DNA from: Planctomycetota bacterium
GTDB taxonomy: Bacteria > Planctomycetota > UBA1135 > UBA2386
DNA length: 64,000 bases
NCBI GenBank assembly: GCA_016794425.1
Contig: JAEUHR010000025.1
Coordinates: forward strand, 155,041-219,040
Reading direction: 5' to 3'
The position numbers were made by a program, and so were the translations under genes. The number at the start of each line of letters is the position of its first letter. Position 1 is the stretch's first letter. The notes under the pieces were generated by a model that was not told the origin of the DNA, ran no database searches, and saw only the letters and a list, made by a program, of their open reading frames with translations. Shown here piece by piece: positions 15,969 through 25,467 of the stretch.

Positions 15969-17228
15969 TCACTCGTGCCGCAGCGCCTCGACCGGGTCCA
16001 TGTTGGCGGCGCGCCAGGCCGGGTAGATGCCGAACACGACGCCGACCGCGGCCGAGATGCAGAACGCGAGCAGCACGTGCTCGGGCAGCACCACGGTCTT
16101 CACGTCGAAGCGCGCGGTGATCACGCGCGGCACGACCATGCCGAGCGCGACGCCGACGAGGCCGCCGAGCGCCGACAACACGGCGGCCTCGACCAGGAAC
16201 TGCTGCACGACGTGCTTCTTCTTGGCGCCGAGCGCGCGCCGGATGCCGATCTCGCGCGTGCGTTCGGTGACGGTCGCGAGCATCACGTTCATGATGCCGA
16301 TGCCGCCGACCAGCAGGCTGATCGAGGCGATCACCGCCAGCACGATGTTGAACATGCGCTTGCTCTCCTCCTCCTGCTGCAGCAGCTCGAGCGGCACCGT
16401 GATCTCGGTGTCGCCGCGGGTCTGGTGCGCCGGCCGCAGCATCTCGCGCAGCACGGTCGCCGCGCCTTCGACCTGGTCCGACGACGCCAGCTTGACCTTG
16501 ACCTCGTGCAGTTCGGTCAGCTCGAAGCGGTTCGTGGTCAGGTTGCGGATCGTGTCGCCGAAGCGGCGCCGCGAACTCGTCAGCGGCACGAACGCGCACT
16601 CGTCGTAGGTGGTGCCGTTCGGCCCGGCCGCGCGGCCCTGGGCCGCCAGCACGCCGACGACGCGGAAGCGGTCCTCGGTGCCGGCCAGGATCGTCTGGTC
16701 GATCGGGTTCTCGAGCGGGAACAGCAGACGCGCGAGGCTGTGTCCGAGTACGCAGACGTTCTCCTGGTTGCGCAGGTCGAGGTCGGTCAGCCAGCGGCCC
16801 TCGGCGAGCTTCATGTTGCTGACCTCGAGGAACTCGGGCTGCGTGCCGACGACGACCGTGACGCGGAACGCCTCGCCGCGCATCACGCCGCGCTGCACCT
16901 CGCGCACGCGCACGACCTGGCTCTGCGGCAGCAGGTTCTGGATCCGGTCGGCCTCGGCATAGGTGATGCCGTAGTCGAGCACGCTCCACATGTTGGAGCT
17001 CGACTGCTGCGTCTCCTCGGGCCGCACGCTGCGCACCAGCACGTTGGTGACGCCCATGTCGCGGTACTGCTCCAGCGCCTGCTGGCTCGCGCCTTCGCCG
17101 ACCGCCAGCATCGCGATCACCGACGCGACGCCGAACAGGATGCCCGCCGTGGTCAGCGAGCTGCGCAGCTTGTGCAGCATCAGGCTCTTCAGCCCGAGCT
17201 TGACGATGCGCCACGAGTCGCGGATCAC
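15969..17228 (-). CDS. ABC transporter permease, MacB/FtsX-type (MacB_PCD plus FtsX domains)
   Basis: The GTG at 17228 overlaps the ATPase stop (GTGA). N-terminus IRDSWRIVKLGLKSLMLHKLRSSLTTAGILFGVASVIAM. C-terminus VTERTREIGIRRALGAKKKHVVQQFLVEAAVLSALGG...AWRAANMDPVEALRHE. The listed ORF 15969..19232 is a run-on. Confidence 0.9.
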   Translation of the reverse strand: MIRDSWRIVKLGLKSLMLHKLRSSLTTAGILFGVASVIAMLAVGEGASQQALEQYRDMGVTNVLVRSVRPEETQQSSSNMWSVLDYGITYAEADRIQNLLPQSQVVRVREVQRGVMRGEAFRVTVVVGTQPEFLEVSNMKLAEGRWLTDLDLRNQENVCVLGHSLARLLFPLENPIDQTILAGTEDRFRVVGVLAAQGRAAGPNGTTYDECAFVPLTSSRRRFGDTIRNLTTNRFELTELHEVKVKLASSDQVEGAATVLREMLRPAHQTRGDTEITVPLELLQQEEESKRMFNIVLAVIASISLLVGGIGIMNVMLATVTERTREIGIRRALGAKKKHVVQQFLVEAAVLSALGGLVGVALGMVVPRVITARFDVKTVVLPEHVLLAFCISAAVGVVFGIYPAWRAANMDPVEALRHE

Positions 17229-17947
17229 GGCGCCGCCTCCGCCGGCCGGCGGTTGTCGTCGAGCCGCTCGACGCGGCCGTCGCGCAGCCACAACGTGAAC
17301 TCGGCGCGATCGGCGACCTTCTGGTTGTGCGTGACGACGACGATCGTGACGCCGTCGCGGCGCAGGTCGTCGAACAGCGCCAGGATCTCCTGCTCGGTGT
17401 TGCTGTCGAGGTTGCCGGTCGCCTCGTCGGCCAGCAGGAACAGCGGGTCGTTCATCAGCGCGCGCGCGATCGCGACGCGCTGCTGCTGGCCGCCGGACAG
17501 CTCGAGCGGCTTGTGTTCGAGGCGCTTGCCGAGGCCGACGCGTTCGGCGAGGTGCTCGGCCTTGCGCCGCGACTCGGCGCCGACGCGGCCCTGGTAGAAC
17601 AGCGGCACCTCGAGGTTCTCGAGCACGGTCAGCTGCGGGATCAGGTTGAACGACTGGAAGATGAAGCCGATCTCGCGGCCGCGCACCTCGGACAGCGCGT
17701 CGTCGTCGAGCTGGCTGACGTCGCGGCCGCCGACCAGGTAGCGGCCGGCGGTGGGGCGGTCGAGGCAGCCGAGGATGTTCAGCATCGTCGACTTGCCGGA
17801 GCCCGAGCGGCCCATGATCGCGAAGTAGTCGCCCTGGTGGATGCGCACCGAGACGCCGTCGAGGGCCCGCACGACGTTCTCGCCCATGCGGTAGTGGCGG
17901 TGCACGGCGTCGAACTCGGCGACGACCGGACGGCTGGCGCGGTCCAT
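17225..17947 (-). CDS. ABC transporter ATP-binding protein (MacB/LolD-type)
   Basis: Walker A GRSGSGKST, Q-loop FQSFNL, signature LSGGQQQRVAIARAL, Walker B LLLADEATGNLD, H-loop VTHN. Confidence 0.95.
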   Translation of the reverse strand: MDRASRPVVAEFDAVHRHYRMGENVVRALDGVSVRIHQGDYFAIMGRSGSGKSTMLNILGCLDRPTAGRYLVGGRDVSQLDDDALSEVRGREIGFIFQSFNLIPQLTVLENLEVPLFYQGRVGAESRRKAEHLAERVGLGKRLEHKPLELSGGQQQRVAIARALMNDPLFLLADEATGNLDSNTEQEILALFDDLRRDGVTIVVVTHNQKVADRAEFTLWLRDGRVERLDDNRRPAEAAP

Positions 17948-17950
17948 GGC

Positions 17951-20077
17951 TCAGCCGCCGTTCGCGTTGCGTTCCGGGGTGCCGCCGCCGCCCGGGCCCT
18001 GTCCACCGCCGCTGCCGCCGCCGTTGTTGCGGCGCGGCATCAGCGAACGCAGCCCGTCGCGCAGCGTCTGCGCGTCTTCGAGGCGCTTCTCGTCGATCGC
18101 CTTGACGATGTCGGCGACTGCGCGTTCGAGCTTGTCGACCTGCTCGGCGTCGAGCCGCGCGCGCATCATGTCCGGCATGCCGGCGAGCTGGTCGCGGCTC
18201 TGCTGCAGTTCTTCCGGCGTCATCTCGGTGAACTTCTTGCGCGGCCCGCCGCCGGGGCCGCGGTTGGCGGTGCCGGGGCCACGGTTGCCGCCGCCGTTCT
18301 GTGCGCCCGGCGTCGCCGGTTCGGCAGGCGGCGCAGCCGCGGTGGGTGCCGGTACGATTTCCGGCAGCGCCGGCTGCTCGAACTGCGGCGGCTGCGCCCC
18401 GACCGGCACCGCGAGGTGGATCACGTCGCCGACCGCGAGGCCGCGCAGCACTTCGACCATCTCGCTGTTGTGGCGACCGACCTCGACGCGCGTGGCGACC
18501 GGGCCCTGGTCGGTCTGCTTCCAGACGTAGTTGACGTTGCGGTCGCGGTAGATGCCCTGCAGCGGCACCGGCAGCGTGTCGGCGATCTTCTCGATGTTGA
18601 TCGTCACCGATGCGGCCATGCGCGAACGCAGCTTCGCGTCCGAGTTCTCGCCGTCGAGGTCGACGACCGTCGTGTAGACCTTGCGGTCGCTCGACATCCA
18701 GCCGCTGTTGCTGTCGGCAGTCGGGGCCACCGACGTCACGCGGCCCTGGTAGACCTCGCCGGGCCGCGCCTCGGCCTGCACGTAGGCGATCTGGCCCGGG
18801 CGCACCATCGACACCTGCGCCTCCTGCACCTTGATGATGCAGCGCATGCGCGTGGTGTCGGGCAGCACGATCAGCTCCTGCCGCTCGCGCACCTGCACGC
18901 CCTCCCGCACGGCCTCGCCGCCGCGGCGATCGCGGTCGATGCGCGCGTAGACGACCAGGCCCGGCGTCGGCGCGTGCACGACCGCGCTGCGGATCTGTCG
19001 CTCGAGGTTGTCGAGCCGCTCCTTCGCCAGCGTGAACTCGGCCTGGCGGCTGGTGAGTTCGCTGTCGGCCTTGGTGACCTCCGCGTCGTTGCTGGCCAGC
19101 ACGCGTTCGAGTTCGAGCGTCGCGTTCTCGCTCTCCTGCTGCAGTTCGATGCGCTGCTTCTCCAGCTCGTAGTTGATCAGCAGATCGAGCTCGTTCCAGG
19201 CCAGCGTCACCTGCGACACCTGGCTCTGCCACTCGAGCTGGTCGCGCTCGAGCTCGTTGCGCGTGATGAACTGCTTGGCGGCCAGGCGCCGCGAGTGGCC
19301 GAGGGTGTCTTCCTTGACCTTCAGTTCGGCCATCGCGAGCCGGATCGCGTCGACCTGGCGCAGCACCTTGTTGGCCATGTCGCCCATGTCGCGGTCGAGC
19401 CCGCCGTTCGGCCGGTCCTTCTCGCTCAGCAGCTCCCGCACCTTGCCGGTCAGGCCGCGGTAGTTGCGCGGATCGACCTGGCTGACCAGCGCTTCGGCGA
19501 CCGGCTCGCCCGCGGTCGGCTCGGGCGGCGCGCTCGGCGGCGTGGTGACGAGCTCCTCGAGCTTCTTCAGCATGTCGGCGTTCTTGCCCTCGCCGCCGCC
19601 GCCACGGCGGCCGCGGAACTTGTCGACCTCCATCTCGGCGATGCGCAGGCCGCTGCGCGCCGTGTTCTCCCTGGTCGTCAGTTCCTTCTGCAGGATCTCC
19701 TTCTCCTTCTGGGCCTGTGCCAGCGCTGCTTCCGCCTTCGCGACCGCGATCGCCTGGTTGGCGCGCTTCTCGACCAGCTCGCTGACGTCGAGTTCGACCA
19801 GCTTCTCGCCCTGCTGCACGTTGGTGCCCTCGGGGATCAGGAAGATGACCGTCGACTGACCCTCGACCTCGGAGCGCACCACGGTCTCGCGCACGGCCTG
19901 CAGCTCGGCGTTCTCCTTGACGGTGATCGGCAGGTCCGCGCGCTCGACGCGGAACAGCCGCGCGTTGGCCCCGGGTTCGTTCGCTTCGCCGCTGCAGGCG
20001 CCGAACAGCAGCGGCAGGGCGCCGACGGCGAGCAGGCGGAGGCGGATTCGGCGTGGATACGGCATGGCGAGGGTCAT
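17951..20077 (-). CDS. HlyD/MacA-family periplasmic adaptor, unusually long (708 aa), with a Gly-rich and helical C-terminal extension
   Basis: The ATG at 20077 overlaps the TolC-like stop (ATGA). Lipoprotein-like N-terminus LLAVGALPLLFGACSG. Biotinyl-like hairpin GEKLVELD, very long coiled coils, and beta-barrel and MP domains (VHAPTPGLVVY..., GQIAYVQAEARPGEVYQGRVTSVAP). The extra tail is ...NGGGNRGPGTANRGPGGGPRKKFTEMTPEELQQ...GGGSGGGQGPGGGG. Confidence 0.85.
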   Translation of the reverse strand: MTLAMPYPRRIRLRLLAVGALPLLFGACSGEANEPGANARLFRVERADLPITVKENAELQAVRETVVRSEVEGQSTVIFLIPEGTNVQQGEKLVELDVSELVEKRANQAIAVAKAEAALAQAQKEKEILQKELTTRENTARSGLRIAEMEVDKFRGRRGGGGEGKNADMLKKLEELVTTPPSAPPEPTAGEPVAEALVSQVDPRNYRGLTGKVRELLSEKDRPNGGLDRDMGDMANKVLRQVDAIRLAMAELKVKEDTLGHSRRLAAKQFITRNELERDQLEWQSQVSQVTLAWNELDLLINYELEKQRIELQQESENATLELERVLASNDAEVTKADSELTSRQAEFTLAKERLDNLERQIRSAVVHAPTPGLVVYARIDRDRRGGEAVREGVQVRERQELIVLPDTTRMRCIIKVQEAQVSMVRPGQIAYVQAEARPGEVYQGRVTSVAPTADSNSGWMSSDRKVYTTVVDLDGENSDAKLRSRMAASVTINIEKIADTLPVPLQGIYRDRNVNYVWKQTDQGPVATRVEVGRHNSEMVEVLRGLAVGDVIHLAVPVGAQPPQFEQPALPEIVPAPTAAAPPAEPATPGAQNGGGNRGPGTANRGPGGGPRKKFTEMTPEELQQSRDQLAGMPDMMRARLDAEQVDKLERAVADIVKAIDEKRLEDAQTLRDGLRSLMPRRNNGGGSGGGQGPGGGGTPERNANGG

Positions 20078-21693
20078 TCGGCGGTCCTGGCGGGTGACGG
20101 CGGCAGCGGCAGAGCGGGGTCGAAGCGCAGACCCTGGATGTCGAGCGCGATCGCCTCGAGGTCGCTCATCAGCTGCAGGCGCGCGATCGCGTAGTCGACG
20201 GTGGCGGCGGTCAGGTCGAGCTGCGCTTGCAGCAGCGCGTCCTGGGCGTCGAGCTTCTCGAGCGCCTGCACGCGGCCGGCGGCGTAGAGGTCGGTCGTCG
20301 CCTCGACACGTTGCGCGGCCAGATCGACGGCCACCGACTGGATGCGGTAGCTGTCGAGCGCTGCCTGGATGTTGCGCAGCGAGCTGCGCACGTCGGCGGC
20401 GATCTGGTCCTCGCTCTGCTCGCGGCTGCGCACCGCGAGGTCGAAGTCGATCAGCGCGCTGCGGTAGGCGTTGCGCTCGACCAGCCGGTCGAGCGCGAGG
20501 TCGAGCTCGAAACCGGCCGACCAGTTCACGCGCGACCAGTCGAGGTTCAGGCCGCTGCCCGACTCGGCCGGCGCGTTCAGGGCCGCGGTGAAGTCGAGCG
20601 CCATGCCCAGCGCGTCTTCGGCGACCAGGATGCGGCGGCCGGCGTCCTCGACCTCGTCGACGGTCGTACGGTGGTCGAAGCGGCGCTGCAGCGCCAGTTC
20701 GACCGCCGTGGCCTCGGTCAGGTCGACGGCTTCGACGCCGCGCGCCGTGACCTGGTCGAGTTCGGCCGGGTCGAGCGACACCTCGGCGGTGACCGGCAGA
20801 CCCAGAGTCAGCTTGAAGCGGTCCAACGAGGTCTGCAGCCGGTTCTTGGCGGCGACACGCTGCGCATCGGCCGCGTATTCGCTCTGCTGCGCGCGGCCGA
20901 GGTCGGTGACCGTGCGCCGGCCGGCGCGGTAGAGCTCCTCGATCTGCTCGCGCGACTGCACGAGGCTCTGGTAGTTGGCTTCGACGTTGCGCAGATCGGC
21001 GATCTGCGCGACGACGTTCCAATAGTCGCCGACGACCCGCACCGCGAACTCGGCCCGGAAGCGCTCGAAGGCGCGCATCGCGTAGACCACGTCGCGTTCG
21101 GCCTGCGTCAGCGGCTCGCGGACGATGCGGCGGCCGGCGCCGCGCAGCAGCGGCTGCGTCAGCGTCAGCCCCAGGATCGAGCTGCCGTCGAACGTGCCGC
21201 CGTGCACGACCGAGCGCAGGAACGTGTTGACGAAGTTGACGACGACGCGCGTGCCGGCCGTGCTGGTCACGGCCGCCGACAGGTCGTCGCCGAGCGTCAC
21301 GTCGGCGGTCTGGTCGGCGGTGCCGTCGATCGCGGCCGAACCGCCGCCGCCGAAGCGTAGCGCGAACTCGTGGCGGCTGCGCGTCAGGCTCAGCGCCGAC
21401 AGGTACAGCTGTTCCTTCTGCCGCTGGAAGTCGCGGCTGTTCTCGGCGGCGACGTCGAGTGCCTGCGCCAGCGTCAGCTGCACCGGCGTCGGCGCCGCCA
21501 GCAGCCGCGTGCGCAGCGTGTCGACCGGCCGTTCGACGGCGACCCGTTTGGCGGCGCCGGCCACCTTCGCGGCGGTCTGCTCGAGGATGCCGTAGACCTG
21601 TTCGTCGGCGCCCGTGCGGCTGTTCTCGGCGGTCCAGCAGGCGGCGCTGCACAAGGCGACGAGGGGGAGGGCGAGGCGGAGTCGGGCGGGCAC
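20074..21693 (-). CDS. TolC-family outer-membrane efflux protein
   Basis: GTG start at 21693. Signal MPARLRLALPLVALCSAACW. It has two OEP-type repeats with helical heptads (LTLAQALDVAAENSRDFQ..., ...YRIQSVAVDLAAQRVEATTDLYAAGRV). Confidence 0.85.
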   Translation of the reverse strand: MPARLRLALPLVALCSAACWTAENSRTGADEQVYGILEQTAAKVAGAAKRVAVERPVDTLRTRLLAAPTPVQLTLAQALDVAAENSRDFQRQKEQLYLSALSLTRSRHEFALRFGGGGSAAIDGTADQTADVTLGDDLSAAVTSTAGTRVVVNFVNTFLRSVVHGGTFDGSSILGLTLTQPLLRGAGRRIVREPLTQAERDVVYAMRAFERFRAEFAVRVVGDYWNVVAQIADLRNVEANYQSLVQSREQIEELYRAGRRTVTDLGRAQQSEYAADAQRVAAKNRLQTSLDRFKLTLGLPVTAEVSLDPAELDQVTARGVEAVDLTEATAVELALQRRFDHRTTVDEVEDAGRRILVAEDALGMALDFTAALNAPAESGSGLNLDWSRVNWSAGFELDLALDRLVERNAYRSALIDFDLAVRSREQSEDQIAADVRSSLRNIQAALDSYRIQSVAVDLAAQRVEATTDLYAAGRVQALEKLDAQDALLQAQLDLTAATVDYAIARLQLMSDLEAIALDIQGLRFDPALPLPPSPARTAE

Positions 21694-21741
21694 GGGCGGC
21701 AGGTTCGGAACGGTCGTTCGGGCGGATGCGGCGGTCGCTTT

Positions 21742-21777
21742 CTACGGGGCCAGTACAGACCACCGTAGCTGTTTTTT
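21742..21777 (+). terminator. Orphan intrinsic-terminator-like hairpin plus T6 run
   Basis: ctacgg (21742-47) pairs with ccgtag (21763-68) and is followed by ct-tttttt (T-run 21772-77). It lies in the divergent intergenic region between the TolC-like gene and coaB, with no upstream plus-strand gene. T6 is very unusual in this GC-rich sequence. Confidence 0.25.
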
Positions 21778-21851
21778 CTCCCCCGCAGCGCGACTGTTAC
21801 TACGATAGGACGCGTGGCGGATACTGGTCCCTGGGGCGTCGTTGCCACGGC

Positions 21852-22502
21852 ATGGTCTCGATCTTGATCACCGCCGGGCCAACGCGCGAACACCTCGACG
21901 ACGTGCGGTTCCTGAGCAACGGCAGCTCGGGCCGCATGGGGTGCGCCCTCGCCCGCGCCGCGCTGGCACAGGGGCATGCGGTCACGCTGGTGCTCGGTCC
22001 GGTCGAGATCGAACCGCCGGCCGGCGTGGTGCTGCGGCGGGTCGTGTCGGCGCTCGAGATGCAGGCGGCGGCGGCGGCCGCGTTCGGCGCCGCGGACGTG
22101 GTCGTCGGCGCGGCCGCGGTCGCCGACTGGCGCCCGGCGCACCGCTTCGACGGCAAGCCGGCGCGCGGCGCCGCCGCGGTCACCCTCGAACTGGTGCCGA
22201 ACCCCGACATCCTGGCCGGGCTCGCGGCCGGCAAGGGCCGCCGCGTCGTGTTCGGCTTCGGCCTCGAATCGGCGGCGGCCGGCATGTCGGCCGCGATTGC
22301 GCGCGGCCGGGCCAAGCTCGAACGGAAGCAGCTCGACGGCATCGTCGTCGACCTGACGACGGCGATCGGCCGCGACGCGGCCGAGTTCGTGTTGTGCCGG
22401 CCGGGGGTGCCCGACGAGCCGTTGCCGAACGACAAAGCAGCCGCGGCAGCGCGCATCGTCGCCGCCGCGGTCGACGTGTGGCGAACGAGGCAGGCATCGT
22501 GA
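21852..22502 (+). CDS. coaB: Phosphopantothenate-cysteine ligase domain protein (CoaB only, no CoaC half)
   Basis: ILITAGPTREHLDDVRFLSNGSSGRMG...AAAVADWRP is the DFP/CoaB signature. Start is ATG 21852. Confidence 0.8.
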   Translation: MVSILITAGPTREHLDDVRFLSNGSSGRMGCALARAALAQGHAVTLVLGPVEIEPPAGVVLRRVVSALEMQAAAAAAFGAADVVVGAAAVADWRPAHRFDGKPARGAAAVTLELVPNPDILAGLAAGKGRRVVFGFGLESAAAGMSAAIARGRAKLERKQLDGIVVDLTTAIGRDAAEFVLCRPGVPDEPLPNDKAAAAARIVAAAVDVWRTRQAS

Positions 22503-25339
22503 GCAAGGCAGCAGCGAAGGTCGACCCGGCGGGGGTTCCGCCGCCGAAGAAGCGGGGCACCCGGTTCGTGCCGCTCGAGGACGCGCCGGTGCCCGGCATG
22601 TCGCAGCGCACGCGCGAAGTGGTGGCGCTGGCCGTGTGCGGCTTCGCGCTCTACGCGCTACTGAGCCTGGCGACGTTCCGGCTGGCGCCGCTCGACGGCG
22701 CGATCCCCGGCGACGGGCTGCAGAACCTTGGCGGCAGCGTCGGCTACTACCTGGCGTTCGGCTGCACGCGCGCGCTCGGGCTCGCCGGCTGGATGCCGTT
22801 CCTGCTGCTGCTGCTCGGCGCGCTGATGCTGTTCCTCGGCCGCAGCGTCGAGCGCCTGACCATCAAGGCGCTCGGCACGGTCGTGTTCGCCGCGACCTCG
22901 GCGATCCTGTTCGCCGGCGGCGACGGCCTCGCCGGCGTGCGCGAGATGACGCCGTACGGGGCCGGCGGCGTGTTCGGCGCGTTCGTGTCGCCGCGGCTCG
23001 AGTCGGCGTTCGGCGGCACCGGCCGCCTGCTGCTGGTCTGGTTCGGCGCGCTGGTGTCGCTGCTGCTGGCGACCGAGTGGATGTTCTCGGAACTGCTGCT
23101 GCGCGTCGTCGGCGCGCTCGAGGGCGGCTGGCGGCGACTGTTCGGCGGCGTCGCCCCGGCGGTCGCCGGCGGCGCTGCGGTCGCGGAGCTGGTCGAGGAT
23201 CGCGACCCGGCGCCGCGGCGGCGGCGGCGCAAGCCGGCCGATGCGGCGGACTCGGCCGACGCTGCCGATCCGGCCGGCGCCGAAGACGACGAACCCGAAG
23301 CGTCGGCGGCGGACGGCGACGCAGCCGAGGCCGGCGCCGAGCCGGCCGATGCCGACGCGGACGCCGCCGCGGCGCCGGCGTCGCGGCGCGGCCGCGGTGC
23401 CAAGGCCCGCGCGGCGCGCGATGCCGCGCCGGGTGACGCGGCGGACGATGCCGACGGCGCCGACCAGGTCGACGGCGACACGGGCACCGAGGCAGCCGAC
23501 GAGGCCGGCGAAGCCACCGCGGCCAAGGCCGATCCGGCCCCCGAGCCCGCGGCCGCCCCGGTGCCGCCGAGCCCGCCGCCGGCCGAGCCGGCCCCGGCGC
23601 CGCGGCCGGTCGTCATCGTGCGGCCGAAGCCGAAGCCGAAACCGAAGAAGCGCAGCGGCCAGAGCACGCTGCCGTTCGACGACGCCTACCCGTTCCCGCC
23701 GATCGAGCTGTTCCAGGAGGCCACCGTCACCGACGTCGGCGAGGCGTCCGAGGTGCTGACCCGCGGCGGCGATGCGATCGTGCAGAAGCTCGCGAACTTC
23801 GGCATCCAGTCGGAGATCGTCGCGGCGTCGGTCGGCCCGGCGGTCACGCAGTACGAGCTGCGGCTCGCCGAGGGCATCCGCGTCAGCAAGGTCGTGACGT
23901 TCGAATCCGATCTCGCGGCGGCGCTGAGGGCGATGTCGGTGCGCGTCGTCGCGCCGATTCCCGGCAAGGACACGATCGGCATCGAGGTGCCGAACGCGGA
24001 GCGGCAGAAGGTCTTCATGCGCGACCTGCTCGAGCAGTTCGGTCGCTCGGAGGGGCTGGCGATCCCGCTCTACCTCGGCAAGGACGTGGCCGGCAATCCG
24101 ATCGTCGAGGACCTGTCGCGCATGCCGCACCTGCTGATCGCCGGCACCACCGGCTCCGGCAAGTCGGTCTGCATCAACACGATCCTGTTGTCGGTGCTGA
24201 TGACCCGCACGCCGCGGCAGGTCAAGCTGATCCTGGTCGACCCGAAGATGGTGGAGCTGCAGGCCTACAAGCGCGTGCCGCACCTCTGCTGCGACGTGGT
24301 CACCAACATGAAGAAGGCGCCGGGCGTGCTGCAGTGGGCCGTCGACGAGATGGAGAACCGCTACGCGCTGCTGTCGGCCGCCGGCGTCAACCACATCCGC
24401 AACTACAACCGGCTCGGCCAGCAGGAGCTCGCCAAGCGGCTGCAGAAGGAGCCCGATCCCGATCGCGTGCACCTGCCGTACATCGTGATCGTGATCGACG
24501 AGTTCGCCGACCTGATGAACGTCGCGCAGAACGAGGTCGAGGAGCTGATCCAGCGCCTGGCGCAGAAGTCGCGCGCGGTCGGCATGCACGTGATCCTCGC
24601 CACGCAGCGGCCCAGCAGCGAAGTCATCACCGGCATCATCAAGGCCAACCTGCCCTGCCAGATCGCGTTCAAGGTGAACCGCCGCATCGACTCGCGCGTG
24701 ATCCTCGACGCCAACGGCGCCGAGAAGCTGCTCGGCTTCGGCGACATGCTCTACATGCCGCCGAGCGGCGGTGCGCTGCTGCGCGCGCAGGGCACGTTCG
24801 TCGCGGACGACGAGATGCAGGCCGTCGTGCGCTACCTCGAGGAGCACGGCCAGGAACCCGAGTTCAACCCGGCGCTGGTGCAGCGCCAGACCGGCTCGCG
24901 GCCGTCGATCGCCGACCGCGACGAACGCTACCGCGAGGCGGTCGAGATCGTGCTCGGCCAGCAGCGTGGTTCGGCGACGCTGCTGCAGCGCGCGCTGGCC
25001 GTCGGCTACACGCGCGCGACGCGGCTGCTCGAACTGATGGAGGAGGATGGCCTGGTGGGCCCGTTCGTCGGCTCGAAGTCGCGCGACGTGCTGCTGACGC
25101 TCGACGAGTGGCGCGCCCGCGAGGAGCAGATGGCCGAGGAGCTCGCCGCGATCGATGCCGCCGACGGCGACGGTGCCTACGAAGCGGATGGCGACGACGC
25201 GGCTGCGGACGGCGCCGAGGCCGACGACGGCGAGTCCGGCGCCGAGCACGAAGCCGAGTCGGCCGCAGCGCCGCCGCCGAGCGCGCCGGCGGCCGATCCG
25301 GCGGCCGAGGGGCGCAGCGACAGCGCGGCGCCGTTCTGA
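22499..25339 (+). CDS. ftsK: DNA translocase FtsK (4-TM domain, long acidic linker, motor, gamma domain)
   Basis: The GTG at 22499 overlaps the coaB stop (GTGA). N-terminal TM helices. Linker rich in A/D/P/E. Motor with Walker A GTTGSGKSVCINTILLS and Walker B IVIVIDEFADLM, plus ILATQRPS. Gamma domain GSATLLQRALAVGYTRATRLLELMEEDGLVG. Confidence 0.93.
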   Translation: MSKAAAKVDPAGVPPPKKRGTRFVPLEDAPVPGMSQRTREVVALAVCGFALYALLSLATFRLAPLDGAIPGDGLQNLGGSVGYYLAFGCTRALGLAGWMPFLLLLLGALMLFLGRSVERLTIKALGTVVFAATSAILFAGGDGLAGVREMTPYGAGGVFGAFVSPRLESAFGGTGRLLLVWFGALVSLLLATEWMFSELLLRVVGALEGGWRRLFGGVAPAVAGGAAVAELVEDRDPAPRRRRRKPADAADSADAADPAGAEDDEPEASAADGDAAEAGAEPADADADAAAAPASRRGRGAKARAARDAAPGDAADDADGADQVDGDTGTEAADEAGEATAAKADPAPEPAAAPVPPSPPPAEPAPAPRPVVIVRPKPKPKPKKRSGQSTLPFDDAYPFPPIELFQEATVTDVGEASEVLTRGGDAIVQKLANFGIQSEIVAASVGPAVTQYELRLAEGIRVSKVVTFESDLAAALRAMSVRVVAPIPGKDTIGIEVPNAERQKVFMRDLLEQFGRSEGLAIPLYLGKDVAGNPIVEDLSRMPHLLIAGTTGSGKSVCINTILLSVLMTRTPRQVKLILVDPKMVELQAYKRVPHLCCDVVTNMKKAPGVLQWAVDEMENRYALLSAAGVNHIRNYNRLGQQELAKRLQKEPDPDRVHLPYIVIVIDEFADLMNVAQNEVEELIQRLAQKSRAVGMHVILATQRPSSEVITGIIKANLPCQIAFKVNRRIDSRVILDANGAEKLLGFGDMLYMPPSGGALLRAQGTFVADDEMQAVVRYLEEHGQEPEFNPALVQRQTGSRPSIADRDERYREAVEIVLGQQRGSATLLQRALAVGYTRATRLLELMEEDGLVGPFVGSKSRDVLLTLDEWRAREEQMAEELAAIDAADGDGAYEADGDDAAADGAEADDGESGAEHEAESAAAPPPSAPAADPAAEGRSDSAAPF

Positions 25340-25467
25340 TCGGCGCGCACGAACTTGGTCGCGCCGAGCCACCATTGCTTGTGGCCGCCCGCGCGCGCGA
25401 GTAGATTCCGCAGCGTCGTCCGGTGGCGCCGGACGGTCCGATCCCACGCCCGGGAGGGGCGCAGACC

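Noticed and set aside
17951-21763. Very long listed ORFs that fuse real genes with upstream run-on sequence. Examples are 17951..21763, 15969..19232, 21842..25339, 7730..10861, 30955..32403, 34751..37381, 47419..50637, 56081..59668 and 58759..60792.
   Set aside because: Only the 3' portions show family motifs. The 5' portions are Arg/Pro-rich nonsense overlapping other well-supported genes. Internal ATG/GTG starts at 4-nt overlaps or after signal-peptide-compatible N-termini give sensible proteins.
23190-23640. Repetitive GC-rich stretch in the ftsK linker (and in 26150-26830 of the paralog), considered as a possible tandem repeat or CRISPR-like array.
   Set aside because: There are no regularly spaced identical repeats. 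It is in-frame low-complexity coding sequence (Ala/Asp/Pro/Glu-rich linkers) within well-supported genes.
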